Shown here: one piece after another, positions 20,168 to 29,714 of the stretch
Layout of the letters: each line of letters opens with the position of its first letter
Position numbering within the stretch: position 1 is the first letter of the stretch
From: Parcubacteria group bacterium
Lineage (GTDB): Bacteria; Patescibacteriota; Minisyncoccia; Phycocordibacterales; 21-14-all-47-15
Reading direction: 5' to 3'
DNA length: 64,000 bases
NCBI GenBank assembly: GCA_016181845.1
Contig: JACOYO010000005.1
Span: forward strand, 2,845 to 66,844
Notes under the pieces: model-generated
Seen by the model: only the letters and a program-made list of their open reading frames with translations
Database searches by the model: none
Told to the model about the DNA's origin: nothing
Translations under genes and position numbers: made by a program

Positions 20168-20316
20168 AGATGTCAGATCTCTTGATTGGTAAAATATCGG
20201 CATTGGCCGTTTAGACGTCCGACCTCTGGATTGGTAAAATATCGACATTGGCCACAAATAAAAAATTACCACATCAGAGGTCGGACGTCTCGCACATCAG
20301 AGGTAGGACATCTTAA
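20168..20316. repeat. Family C composite palindromic element, copy 1 (four AGAGGTCGGACGTCT-like units)
   Basis: Units at 20168, 20213, 20276, 20299; homologous to 51924-52073. Confidence 0.85.
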
Positions 20317-20329
20317 GTATATCATAAGT

Positions 20330-21319
20330 ATGGAAAATTTTGACTTCATAGCCATCGGCGACACGACGACCGATGCGTTTATTAAAATCAAACAGGCAAG
20401 CGTCTATAAAGACGGCGTAGGCGAAGAAAAACTCTGCGTTGAAAACGGGGCAAAAATCCCCTATGAATCTGTGACCGTTGTGCCGGCCGTTGGCAACAGC
20501 CCAAACGCGGCAGTCGCGGCGCACCGACTCGGATTGCAGTCCGCTCTTGTGTCAAATATCGGTGATGACGCCTACGGAAAAGAAGATTTGGAAACACTCA
20601 AAAAAAATGGCGTAGACACGCGATTCGTGAAAGTGCATACTGGAAAGCCGAGCAACTATCACTTCGTGCTCTGGTTTCATGCGGAGCGCACCATTCTCAT
20701 CAAGCACACGGAATACCCGTACGAGTTCCACGACATCGGAAAACCAAAGTGGGTGTACCTTTCATCGTTGGGAGAAAACTCTCTTTCGTACCACCATGAA
20801 ATCTCGGCATTTTTAAAAACGAACCCAGACATTAAACTCGCGTTTCAGCCGGGCACCTTTCAGATAAAGTTGGGCTACGAAGCGTTAAAAGATTTGTATG
20901 AAATGTCAGAATTGTTTTTCTGCAATAAAGAAGAAGCGCGCATAATTTTGAAGACTGCTCGAGACGACGCCGCGAAACTCGCAGAAATGATGCGCGAGCG
21001 CGGACCAAAAATCGCCATCATCACCGACGGTCCAAACGGCGCATACGCGGCAAATGGCAATGCGACATGGCACATACCGATGTATCCAGACCCTGCGCCG
21101 CCAATTGACCGCACCGGCGCCGGAGACGCATTCGCATCAACCGTCACTTCGTACATGACGCTCGGCATGTCTATTGAAGAAGCGCTCTTGCGAGGGCCAA
21201 TCAATTCCATGTCGGTCGTGCAGTTCGTCGGCGCGCAAGAAGGACTTTTGGGCCGTGAAAAACTGGAGGAATTGTTAAAAAAAGCGCCAAAAGAATACAG
21301 AGCAGAAAAAATAGGATAA
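20330..21319 (+). CDS. PfkB-family carbohydrate kinase
   Basis: GNSPNAAVAAHRLG; NKEEA; DRTGAGDAF; likely start MENFDF. Confidence 0.92.
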   Translation: MENFDFIAIGDTTTDAFIKIKQASVYKDGVGEEKLCVENGAKIPYESVTVVPAVGNSPNAAVAAHRLGLQSALVSNIGDDAYGKEDLETLKKNGVDTRFVKVHTGKPSNYHFVLWFHAERTILIKHTEYPYEFHDIGKPKWVYLSSLGENSLSYHHEISAFLKTNPDIKLAFQPGTFQIKLGYEALKDLYEMSELFFCNKEEARIILKTARDDAAKLAEMMRERGPKIAIITDGPNGAYAANGNATWHIPMYPDPAPPIDRTGAGDAFASTVTSYMTLGMSIEEALLRGPINSMSVVQFVGAQEGLLGREKLEELLKKAPKEYRAEKIG

Positions 21320-21339
21320 ACTATAAATCCCGCCGGCAT

Positions 21340-21762
21340 TCACGGCGGGATTTTATTGAAATCAGACTTTCCTCTTTTTTTTTCCAAAATGGAAAGTTTA
21401 AATTTAAGCAAGGCAATATTTAATTTATTGGCAAGGAATTCATACCAGATGGATCGAAGCCCTTGAAAATTACCGCGTGCGTTCTTAAACTCTTCAATTT
21501 TTGCTTTGTATTCGTCTATTTGAGCGGCCGACAAATGATGAATCTCCTCTTTCTTCATAGCCCGCTGCCCTTCTTCCACGAAATCAAGCCACTTCATGTC
21601 CTCCTCATTCAACAAACCCAAAAACTCTTGCACATTATCAATGGATGAAAAATGAGCGGTCTTTTTGAGAGCCCTTTCGTCTTTAATCAAAAGATGGACT
21701 TTCTCTCGAAAAAGTTTCATTTGGTCTGCTAATTCATTTTGTTGTGGATTTTCTGTGCTCAT
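21340..21762 (-). CDS. Hypothetical protein
   Basis: 140-aa ORF overlapping the transketolase stop codon. Confidence 0.6.
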   Translation of the reverse strand: MSTENPQQNELADQMKLFREKVHLLIKDERALKKTAHFSSIDNVQEFLGLLNEEDMKWLDFVEEGQRAMKKEEIHHLSAAQIDEYKAKIEEFKNARGNFQGLRSIWYEFLANKLNIALLKFKLSILEKKRGKSDFNKIPP

Positions 21763-22748
21763 TTTCGTTCCTTTACTTTTTTTACTGCTGTTATAATTGA
21801 AGCTATATCAATACCGTATTCTTTTATCAGTTCATTGGGTTCGCCTGACTGCCCAAATCTATTTTGCACTCCGACAAATTCCATCGGAACCGGATATTCG
21901 CGGGCAAGCACTTCCGCAACCGCCGAGCCCATACCACCCATGACCTGATGCTCTTCAACCGTGACCACGGCTCCGGCTTTTTTCGCCACTGCAACAACCG
22001 CCTTTGCATCCATTGGTTTTATTGTATGATTATTTAACACTAAAACGTTAATCTTGTCAAGCGCCAACTGCTCTGCCGCCGTGAGCGCGTTGTGCATAAT
22101 AGAACCACAGGCGATAATCGCCACATCTGGACTTTCGCTCTCCCAAAGAAGATTCGCATTCCCTATTTCAAACGGTGATTCGTTCGTCGTGATAATCGGC
22201 GTTTTTTCGCGCGCGAAGCGGAGATATGTCGGCTTGCCATTAAACGCGGCGGCATACGTCGCTTTCCTCGCTTCTTCAGCATCGCAAGGAACGATAACTG
22301 TCATATTTGGCTGTACGCGCATCAGCGCAATATCCTCAAGCGCTTGATGGGTCGCGCCGTCTGGTCCTACCGAAACACCAGCATGCATACCGCAGATTTT
22401 CACAGGCGCGTCATTGAGCGCAATCGTCGTGCGAATTTGTTCGTTGTTACGCCCGGGAGAAAAGACGGCGTAAGATGAAATGAAAGGAATTTTCCCGTAG
22501 ACGGCAAGTCCTGAAGCCACCGTCGCCAGATTTTGCTCCGCCACACCGAGCTCAATGTATCGCTTGGGGAATTTTTCGGCAAACCAGTGCGAACGCGTAG
22601 ACTCCGCCAAATCGGCGCAGAGCACCACGACCCTCTCGTCTTTTTCGCCCGCTTCCAACACACCCTTGCCATAGCCGTCGCGGGTCGGTGCCTGTTCAAC
22701 ATCCGGGCTAAAAATATTTTCTTTCAGTTTTTGTGATTTGTTTAACAT
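21759..22748 (-). CDS. Transketolase, C-terminal subunit
   Basis: ADLAEST; GVAEQN; GPDGATHQALED; VEEH..GGMGS. Confidence 0.95.
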   Translation of the reverse strand: MLNKSQKLKENIFSPDVEQAPTRDGYGKGVLEAGEKDERVVVLCADLAESTRSHWFAEKFPKRYIELGVAEQNLATVASGLAVYGKIPFISSYAVFSPGRNNEQIRTTIALNDAPVKICGMHAGVSVGPDGATHQALEDIALMRVQPNMTVIVPCDAEEARKATYAAAFNGKPTYLRFAREKTPIITTNESPFEIGNANLLWESESPDVAIIACGSIMHNALTAAEQLALDKINVLVLNNHTIKPMDAKAVVAVAKKAGAVVTVEEHQVMGGMGSAVAEVLAREYPVPMEFVGVQNRFGQSGEPNELIKEYGIDIASIITAVKKVKERK

Positions 22749-22760
22749 ATTCTTAAATAA

Positions 22761-22850
22761 TTTTGAATTTCCAATTTTTAATTTTGAATCAAATTCTAAT
22801 TTTAAATTAAGATATTCTAAATTTATTCGAAATTCAAAATTCAAAATTGT
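22761..22850. repeat. AT-rich heptamer-based palindromic element (family E), copy 1
   Basis: TGAATTTCCAATTTT...AAATTAAGATATTC.AAATTTATTC.AAATTCAAAATTCAAAATT; inverted homolog at 24752-24827. Confidence 0.75.
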
Positions 22851-22874
22851 TTAAGATTTCATGTTTCATGAATA

Positions 22875-23735
22875 TTATTCATGTTCACTCTTAATCTTTC
22901 CGCCAAGCGTCCGCAATTCGGCCAAAAATTTTTTCGCTTCTTCGGGCTTCGGCGGCTTCCCATGCCAGAGATAATCAAATTCAATTTCTTTTATGCCTTT
23001 GCCCGGGATCGTGTGCGCGATAATCACCGTCGGTTTTTCAAAAATCGCTTTTGCTTCTTCAATCGCGGAAACAAATTGCTCAAAATCATGCCCGCCCGTT
23101 TCAATCACATGCCAATTGAATGCTCTGTATTTATCAGCAAGCGGCTCAAGAGGCATCACGTCTTCAGTCATACCGTTAATCTGGATATTGTTGCGGTCTA
23201 TCACCGCCGTCAGATTTGAGAGCTTGTTTTTGCCCGCAAACATCACTGATTCCCAAAGGTTGCCGGCATCGTGTTCACCATCGGATAAAAGGCAGTAGGT
23301 GCGGAATTTTTTGCCGTCCATGCGCGCGCCGTATGCAATGCCAGCCGCCTGCCCAAGCCCCGAACCAAGAGGTCCGGATGTGCTCTCCATAGATGGCATT
23401 CGCGTTCGTTCCGGATGTCCCTGCAGCCGTGAGCCAAATTTTCGCAGGGTGTTTAATTCTTCAATAGGAAAATAGCCGGCGTGCGCCATCGTAGCGTATC
23501 GTATCGGCACAATGTGGCCGTTGGAAAGAATCAAACGGTCACGTTCTTCCCAAAGCGGATTCTTGGGGTCGTGATTTAGAATATGAAAATAGAATGCGGT
23601 AAATATGTCCGCCATGCCCAAAGGACCTGCCGTGTGCCCGGAACCCGCCGCCACAAGCTCCGTAATAAGCGACTGCCTGATTGCATTTGCTTTTTCTTCA
23701 AGAAATCGTATTTTGTCGTCGTGAAGATGCGCCAT
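22875..23735 (-). CDS. Transketolase, N-terminal subunit
   Basis: GSGH; RDRLILSNGH; LQGHP; SDGE..G..WE; HGK. Confidence 0.95.
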   Translation of the reverse strand: MAHLHDDKIRFLEEKANAIRQSLITELVAAGSGHTAGPLGMADIFTAFYFHILNHDPKNPLWEERDRLILSNGHIVPIRYATMAHAGYFPIEELNTLRKFGSRLQGHPERTRMPSMESTSGPLGSGLGQAAGIAYGARMDGKKFRTYCLLSDGEHDAGNLWESVMFAGKNKLSNLTAVIDRNNIQINGMTEDVMPLEPLADKYRAFNWHVIETGGHDFEQFVSAIEEAKAIFEKPTVIIAHTIPGKGIKEIEFDYLWHGKPPKPEEAKKFLAELRTLGGKIKSEHE

Positions 23736-23740
23736 AACTT

Positions 23741-24076
23741 TTATTTTCCGCTTTCTATGCCGAGTTTTTGTTCAACATATTTTAACCGCGCGTATAAGTC
23801 TTCCACTTCTATCGGACTCGTGCCTAACGGAGTAAGATTGTTTCTCAAATCTTCAATGTCGTTATGCAACAGACGAAAATTTTCTCCTGTTTTGAGTTCA
23901 AAATCTTCAAAACGCCGTTCAAGCGCATCAAAACGTTTATCAACCTGTTCAAAACGTTTATCAACTTGTTTGAAACGCTCATCTACATTTTCAAAACCTG
24001 CGGTAATAATCTCCGCCAGGTCATTTCGGAATTGTTTAAACTCACTTTGTAAAAATTGTTTCGTTTCTTCATTCAT
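23741..24076 (-). CDS. Small coiled-coil heptad-repeat protein
   Basis: VDERFKQ-VDKRFEQ-VDKRFDA repeats. Confidence 0.75.
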   Translation of the reverse strand: MNEETKQFLQSEFKQFRNDLAEIITAGFENVDERFKQVDKRFEQVDKRFDALERRFEDFELKTGENFRLLHNDIEDLRNNLTPLGTSPIEVEDLYARLKYVEQKLGIESGK

Positions 24077-24747
24077 AATTGCCGCAGTTCTCTTATTGCC
24101 TCTATTATATCACCACTCCCCCAAATTGCAGAACCGGAGACGAGCCGATTTGCCCCAGCCAGCACGAGCCGAGACGCCGTTTCCACGCTTACTCCACCGT
24201 CAACACTCAACACAATTTCCGGAAAACGGCGGCGAAAATCTTTTAATTTGTCTACCACACGTTCATCAAACGATTGTCCCTGGTAGCCAATTTTTGCTAT
24301 GCCCATACATTGGATAAAATCAATTTTATGAATAAATGGCTCCACTGCTTCGTTCGGCGTGTCTATATTGAGCGCGAGGCCCACTTCTTTTAGTCCATCT
24401 TTCGGCAGTTCGTCAAAAATCGCGCCGTCGTCTTCCAGACTTTCAATATGAAAAATAATCCGACGCGCGCCCGCGAGAGCCCAATCAAGCGCGTGGAGCG
24501 AAGGGTTTGCGACCATGAGGTCAATTTCAAACTGCACATTCCCGATATGTTTGAACAAAAAATTCCCTTCCACCATGTCATTAAAAACTTCCTCGCTCTC
24601 GCCCGAGAGATATGGCCAGTCAACGGATGGAACAAACACACCGTCCATAACATCTATCTGGACTGTATCCACGAGCCCCTCAACACGCCGCACGTGTGCT
24701 TCAAGGTCGTGAATACTTTTAGGCATAATTGCAGGAATAATCTCCAT
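24073..24747 (-). CDS. rpe: Ribulose-phosphate 3-epimerase
   Basis: QIDVMDG.FVP; GYQGQ.F; VDGG; LVSGS. Confidence 0.92.
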   Translation of the reverse strand: MEIIPAIMPKSIHDLEAHVRRVEGLVDTVQIDVMDGVFVPSVDWPYLSGESEEVFNDMVEGNFLFKHIGNVQFEIDLMVANPSLHALDWALAGARRIIFHIESLEDDGAIFDELPKDGLKEVGLALNIDTPNEAVEPFIHKIDFIQCMGIAKIGYQGQSFDERVVDKLKDFRRRFPEIVLSVDGGVSVETASRLVLAGANRLVSGSAIWGSGDIIEAIRELRQL

Positions 24748-24751
24748 GTTA

Positions 24752-24827
24752 AAAATTTTTAATTTTGAATTTTGAATTTTGAATAAATTTTGAATATCTT
24801 AATTTTAAATTCAAAATTGGAAATTCA
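24752..24827. repeat. Family E element, copy 2 (opposite orientation)
   Basis: Reverse complement aligns to 22764-22849. Confidence 0.75.
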
Positions 24828-25283
24828 GCGATAATTTCCAAATTGTTCTATTTTCTTAATCCTCCGAACATGCCGTTCTTCGTCTGAAAACGGTGTTTCA
24901 AGCCAAAGCTCAAGAGCCGCTCTTGCCTCATCTTCCGAAATGAACCGCGCGCCGAGCGAAAGGATATTCGCGTCATTGTGTTCACGCGCCACTTTTACGA
25001 TATCAAGCGACCCGCCATAGTAGACAATTGCTCGCACATGCGGAAACCGATTTGCCATCATTGCTTCCCCTTGCCCTGAGCCGCCCAAAATAATGCCGCG
25101 AACCGTATCAGGATTTTCTGAAACTTTGCGCGCCACCGGCGTTATGTAGTCGGGATAATCATCAGCCTGGTCGTACGCATACGGTCCGCTGTCAGCGACA
25201 TCATAGCCGAGCTCTTTTAAATATCCTTTGAGCTTTTCTTTGAGTTCAAAACCGGCATGGTCAGAACCGAGATAAATTTGCAT
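24825..25283 (-). CDS. rpiB: Ribose-5-phosphate isomerase B
   Basis: GSDHAGF.LK; DDYPD; GSGQG; AREHNDAN; RH.RR. Confidence 0.95.
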   Translation of the reverse strand: MQIYLGSDHAGFELKEKLKGYLKELGYDVADSGPYAYDQADDYPDYITPVARKVSENPDTVRGIILGGSGQGEAMMANRFPHVRAIVYYGGSLDIVKVAREHNDANILSLGARFISEDEARAALELWLETPFSDEERHVRRIKKIEQFGNYR

Positions 25284-25296
25284 AATAAAAAAATAA

Positions 25297-26289
25297 TTAC
25301 TTGGAAAGAAACGGGGCGAGCGACTCAACATGTTTCAAAAGCATCGCCGAATATCCCCACTCATTGTCGTACCATGAGAGAATTTTCACAAGATCGCCGT
25401 CAACAACGCGCGTCATGTTCAAATCAACAATCGCGCCATACGGCTCGCGTATGATATCGGTTGAAACAATCGGCTCGTCGGTCGTCTTGAGTATCCCTTG
25501 CCATTCATCGCGCTTTTCGGCTTGTTTGAAAATGTCATTGATTTCTTCAACACTGGTTTTTCTTTTGGCGACAAACGTGAAATCAACAAGCGAGCCGGAG
25601 ATAACAGGCACGCGCATGGCAATACCATCAAAAATATCACGCATACCTGGAATCGCTTTTGCTGTCGCGACTGCCGCTCCTGTTGATGACGGCACGATAT
25701 TTTGCGCCGCGGCTCTCCCGCGCCGAAAATCTTTTGCTATCGGACTATCAACCAAACTTTGGCTTGCGGTATATCCATGCACTGTATTCAAAACGGCCTT
25801 CGCGACTCCGACCGTCCCCATCATCACCGCGACTACCGGCGTGGCCGCGTTGGTCGTACACGAAGCATTTGAGGTAATCGCAGAAAGCCCCGCCGTGTCC
25901 ACTCCCACATTCGGTGTAAACGTCTTTGCGTCATCATCTTTGACCGGCGCCGTAATCACGACGCGCTTGGCTCCCGCCCCTAGATGCGCTTTTGCTTTTT
26001 CGTATGAATCAAAAACTCCGGTAGACTCAACCACCACATCAATATTCAGGTCTTTCCAAGGCAGTCGAGTGGGGTCCTTTTCGGAAAGAAACACCAGGTC
26101 TTCAGAAATCGGCGTTTCGTATTTTCCATACACGCTATCGCGCCGCAACAGATACAAAAGATTTTCTTTTGAACCGAGGTCATTTATAGCCACAATATTA
26201 ACATTTGGATTTGCATACGCTTGTCGGAAAAATATCCGCCCTATTCTCCCGAAGCCATTGATAGCGATGTTGATTTTTTTAGTATTCAT
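25297..26289 (-). CDS. gap: Glyceraldehyde-3-phosphate dehydrogenase
   Basis: INGFGRIGR; SNASCTTN; WYDNEWGY. Confidence 0.97.
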   Translation of the reverse strand: MNTKKINIAINGFGRIGRIFFRQAYANPNVNIVAINDLGSKENLLYLLRRDSVYGKYETPISEDLVFLSEKDPTRLPWKDLNIDVVVESTGVFDSYEKAKAHLGAGAKRVVITAPVKDDDAKTFTPNVGVDTAGLSAITSNASCTTNAATPVVAVMMGTVGVAKAVLNTVHGYTASQSLVDSPIAKDFRRGRAAAQNIVPSSTGAAVATAKAIPGMRDIFDGIAMRVPVISGSLVDFTFVAKRKTSVEEINDIFKQAEKRDEWQGILKTTDEPIVSTDIIREPYGAIVDLNMTRVVDGDLVKILSWYDNEWGYSAMLLKHVESLAPFLSK

Positions 26290-26412
26290 ATATGCAGTAT
26301 ATCAAAAAAGAGACCGCGGCAACATTCATTCTTGGCTTGACATAATATATAAATATGATAAACTATACAACAGTTAAGTATTTATTGTCATGATAAAAAT
26401 AAAGGAGAACAT

Positions 26413-26754
26413 GTGGGCGTAAAAAAAATGGAAAATCACGTAGCGGTAGCGATAACACTCTCCACTTTGCTACTCCTTTATGTAGTAGCGATTTTTGGAT
26501 TGATTGTATCCAACAATGCCTCACATGAGTGGTGGGTACTTTCTACCCAATTGCTGTTGGTGTGGTTTAGTTTACGGTGGGGAAACATATCTGTTCCTAT
26601 CAACCTGCCCGCAATGCAGGTATACATTGCGATAATGGTTGTCTTGTGTTTTGTTCCTGTGTTGTTTATTAATAGTATTGGGATAGTATCGTTTCCAATA
26701 TTTCTTGGGTGGGCGGCGGGGTTTGGCAGACAAGTACACGCTGTCGACGGCTAA
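26413..26754 (+). CDS. Small multi-pass membrane protein
   Basis: Hydrophobic ORF, AGGAG upstream, hairpin downstream. Confidence 0.6.
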   Translation: MGVKKMENHVAVAITLSTLLLLYVVAIFGLIVSNNASHEWWVLSTQLLLVWFSLRWGNISVPINLPAMQVYIAIMVVLCFVPVLFINSIGIVSFPIFLGWAAGFGRQVHAVDG

Positions 26755-26810
26755 TGCGACTCGCCACTCGCCGTCAAACAAACCGCCTCGTCATCAAGAC
26801 GGGCGGTTTT

Positions 26811-28235
26811 TTATGTGAGTAATTCAATAAATATTTTTTTGAGAACTGCCGGATTTCCCGCGCCTTTTGTTTCTTTCATGCCTTGCCCGATTAAAAACTG
26901 AATTGCCGATTCTTTGCCATTTTTGTACTCATCCGCAACTTTTTGATTTTCTGAAATGATTTTTCGCGCGATGGCTTTGAGCACCGCCTCATCGCTTTGC
27001 TGAAGCAATCCTTTTTCTTCCGCAATTTTTTTCGGATCTCCTCCCTTTTCAAACAAAACCGCCAGTATGTCTTTTGCCCCGCGGGAAGAAATAATTCCCT
27101 CGCGCGCCATGCGTATCAATTCAGCAAAAGAATCAGGCGATACCGCGCCAAGCGCCTTATCATCGGAAATTTTTATCAAGCCAACCAAATCGGATGTAAT
27201 GTAATTTGACGCAAGCGCCGTGAGCGCTTTATCACTGCCCAAAAGCGCCGTAACTTCTTCAAAAAACCCGCCGAGCATACGGTCAGCCACATACGTCTCA
27301 ATGTCCTCCGATTTTATTCCGTATGCTTTCGCGTAGCGTTCGCGTTTCTGCCATGGTAATTCCGGCAAAACAAAGTTTTGAAAATCTGCAATTTTTGAGA
27401 GCCATAATTTCGGCAAATCGGGTTCAGGAAAATAACGATAGTCTTGGGACGTTTCTTTCAACCGCTGTGAGAATGTTTTCCCAGCGTTTTCATCCCACCC
27501 TCGCGTCTCCTGCACGATTTTCTCGCCTTTTTCAATCGCTTCAGACTGCCGTTTTATTTCGTACTCAATCGCCTTTTCAACCGCGCGAAACGAGTTGAGG
27601 TTTTTTATTTCTACTTTTGTGCCGCGAGACCCTTCAGGCGCGACAGACACGTTCGCCTCCACGCGCATCTCTCCTTTTTCCATGTTTGCTTCCGACACGC
27701 CGAGCGTGCGCAAAAGTAGCTGTAGCTCGCGCGCAAAATCTCCCGCTTGTTTCGCGCTTTTTATCACCGGCTCCGTCACGAGCTCCATGAGAGGCACTCC
27801 CGCCCTGTTGAAATCAACGAGCGAATAATCGCCGGTTTCCCCTGCCAGCGCAGGCAAGTGCGACGAGCTTGCCGTATCTTCTTCCAAATGCACCCTTGTG
27901 AGCGCCACGCCGTTAAGCAAACCGCCGGAAACAATCGGGTGCTCATACTGGCTGATTTGATACCCCTTTGGAATATCGGGATAAAAATAATTTTTGCGGT
28001 CAAATTCCGTAAAATCGGCAATCCTGCCACCGACCGCCTTTCCAACTTTTACAATATGATTGACCGCTTCTTTATTTATAACCGGCAATGTCCCCGGGTG
28101 CGCCATACACACCGGGCAGACGTTCACATTCGGACGCGTTTCGTCGGGGTCATTCTTTGAATCACAGAACATTTTTGTCCGCGTCTTCAATTCTGCATGC
28201 ACTTCAAGCCCGATTGTGGGTATATATACTGACAT
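26811..28235 (-). CDS. gatB: Asp/Glu-tRNA amidotransferase subunit B
   Basis: IGLEVH; RKNYFYPD; HLEED; DYRYFPEPDLP. Confidence 0.97.
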   Translation of the reverse strand: MSVYIPTIGLEVHAELKTRTKMFCDSKNDPDETRPNVNVCPVCMAHPGTLPVINKEAVNHIVKVGKAVGGRIADFTEFDRKNYFYPDIPKGYQISQYEHPIVSGGLLNGVALTRVHLEEDTASSSHLPALAGETGDYSLVDFNRAGVPLMELVTEPVIKSAKQAGDFARELQLLLRTLGVSEANMEKGEMRVEANVSVAPEGSRGTKVEIKNLNSFRAVEKAIEYEIKRQSEAIEKGEKIVQETRGWDENAGKTFSQRLKETSQDYRYFPEPDLPKLWLSKIADFQNFVLPELPWQKRERYAKAYGIKSEDIETYVADRMLGGFFEEVTALLGSDKALTALASNYITSDLVGLIKISDDKALGAVSPDSFAELIRMAREGIISSRGAKDILAVLFEKGGDPKKIAEEKGLLQQSDEAVLKAIARKIISENQKVADEYKNGKESAIQFLIGQGMKETKGAGNPAVLKKIFIELLT

Positions 28236-28254
28236 ACAAACAAGTATACTACAG

Positions 28255-28368
28255 ATTACGAAACTCTATTACGAGCAGAACATTGCGGACCCAAACGATA
28301 CTGTCGTGGGAGCATAGCATCCACCCTGGGCGGAATGCGCGTTCTGCGAATAATGAGAGTTTCGTAAT
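28255..28368. other. 114-nt long imperfect stem-loop with branched tip (ncRNA or MITE candidate)
   Basis: ATTACGAAACTCT...AGAGTTTCGTAAT outer arms; GCAGAAC/GTTCTGC inner arms. Confidence 0.55.
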
Positions 28369-28393
28369 TTAAATTAGTTACAACATTGTAGCA

Positions 28394-29296
28394 TTACGCT
28401 TCCAACGCTTTTTTTGCAAGTGCGATTGCACCTTCTTTGGAACGACTGCCGGCGAGCCAAAGACCATTATGGCAAAATTTGGCATCCGGTACGCCGCTAA
28501 TAGCCGCAAACTCTCCATCTCTTTTCCCAGCCCATTCTTTGGGAAGATTTTTGCGATTGTTAAATATCGCGCCATTTTTTTCTACCGCCCGCACATGCCA
28601 ATCTCCGTTGCTTGATGAAGACGCCGGGTAGACAACATAGAGCGGCTCCGGATATTTTTCCAACACGGAGCGCGAAGGATAATAGCGGTCAAGCACGATA
28701 AGTCTTTTGTCAGACGCTCCTTCATAAGCTTCTTTCACTTTTCCCGCCGCCCGAGCAGAGCTTTTTGCGCGAATCACCTCTCGCAGTAAAATCTTTTTTG
28801 CCACCTCAAGCGCTTCCATAAACGCTTCGTCAAAACCGCGCGCTTCATCCCATCCGACAGAAAACGACTCTATTACTTCTCCCACTCCATATGTCGCCAC
28901 CCCTTCAAATTTCGGCTGAACGTTCGCCATGCCATTATCCATGGCGTCAATATATTCCACAAGTTTTTTTTCAATCAGGTCAGATACCTCTTGAGAACCG
29001 GAAAATTCCGCGCCAAATTTTTTCCACACAAGCCCAAGCGACGAGTACGGCACGCCGTTTTCGTGTTTGCCAGCCCCGCCTTCCTGGTGGTGGTCAAACC
29101 GATTTTTTTGAGCATCGTACACGTCGCCGACGTCCACGACAAAATCACCTTTCCTCCACAAATCGGGATTGCGGCTGCGTGCTATAGTATACGAGATATT
29201 TTTTTGTTCGTGGAGAAGTGTTAGTAGCGCCACGGCAAAAACATCATCCGCGTGAAAATGCCCGTCGTGGGTTACAATACTTACTGACGACGCCAT
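28394..29296 (-). CDS. MYG1-family (DHH-like) exonuclease
   Basis: THDGHFHADD; VDVG; FDHHQ; IDAMDNG; LP..WAG; FCH. Confidence 0.92.
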   Translation of the reverse strand: MASSVSIVTHDGHFHADDVFAVALLTLLHEQKNISYTIARSRNPDLWRKGDFVVDVGDVYDAQKNRFDHHQEGGAGKHENGVPYSSLGLVWKKFGAEFSGSQEVSDLIEKKLVEYIDAMDNGMANVQPKFEGVATYGVGEVIESFSVGWDEARGFDEAFMEALEVAKKILLREVIRAKSSARAAGKVKEAYEGASDKRLIVLDRYYPSRSVLEKYPEPLYVVYPASSSSNGDWHVRAVEKNGAIFNNRKNLPKEWAGKRDGEFAAISGVPDAKFCHNGLWLAGSRSKEGAIALAKKALEA

Positions 29297-29297
29297 A

Positions 29298-29645
29298 TTA
29301 ATCTATAACTTCAATAAAATGCTTCCCGATAAAACTTATCGCGGAAACAACCAGCGCGCCGAAAAACGCGGCAAAAAATCCTGCCACCGCAAACCCCTGA
29401 ATAAAAGAGGCGAGAAACCAAAATAAAAGCGCGTTGATAACAAACGTAAAAAGCCCGAGCGTAAGAAGGGTGACTGGGAGCGTCAACACCACTAAAATCG
29501 GCCGCACCAAAAGATTAAGCGCTCCGAGAAGTACTGCGACAATGAGCGCGATATAAAAAGAAGCCACGGAAACGCCGGGCACCACATAACCCGCCGTCAA
29601 AACCCCAAAAGCATTCACGAGCCACTGCGCGATAAAAGACACCAT
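29298..29645 (-). CDS. YvlD-like / phage holin 4 family membrane protein
   Basis: LN..VRPIL..LTLP...LTLGLF.FVINA. Confidence 0.88.
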   Translation of the reverse strand: MVSFIAQWLVNAFGVLTAGYVVPGVSVASFYIALIVAVLLGALNLLVRPILVVLTLPVTLLTLGLFTFVINALLFWFLASFIQGFAVAGFFAAFFGALVVSAISFIGKHFIEVID

Positions 29646-29714
29646 ATCAAAAAGTATAACTGTATTTTTTAAAAAAACAAAGCCGCCTCGTAAAATGAGG
29701 CGGCTTTAACTACT

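Noticed and set aside
22761-24827. Invertible segment bounded by family E inverted copies
   Set aside because: Enclosed genes stay co-oriented with the operon, the repeats are imperfect and no invertase is present.
25301-26377. Long antisense ORFs (358 aa opposite gap; others opposite the surface protein, ligA, secA)
   Set aside because: Shadow frames of well-supported genes; no motifs or expression signals.
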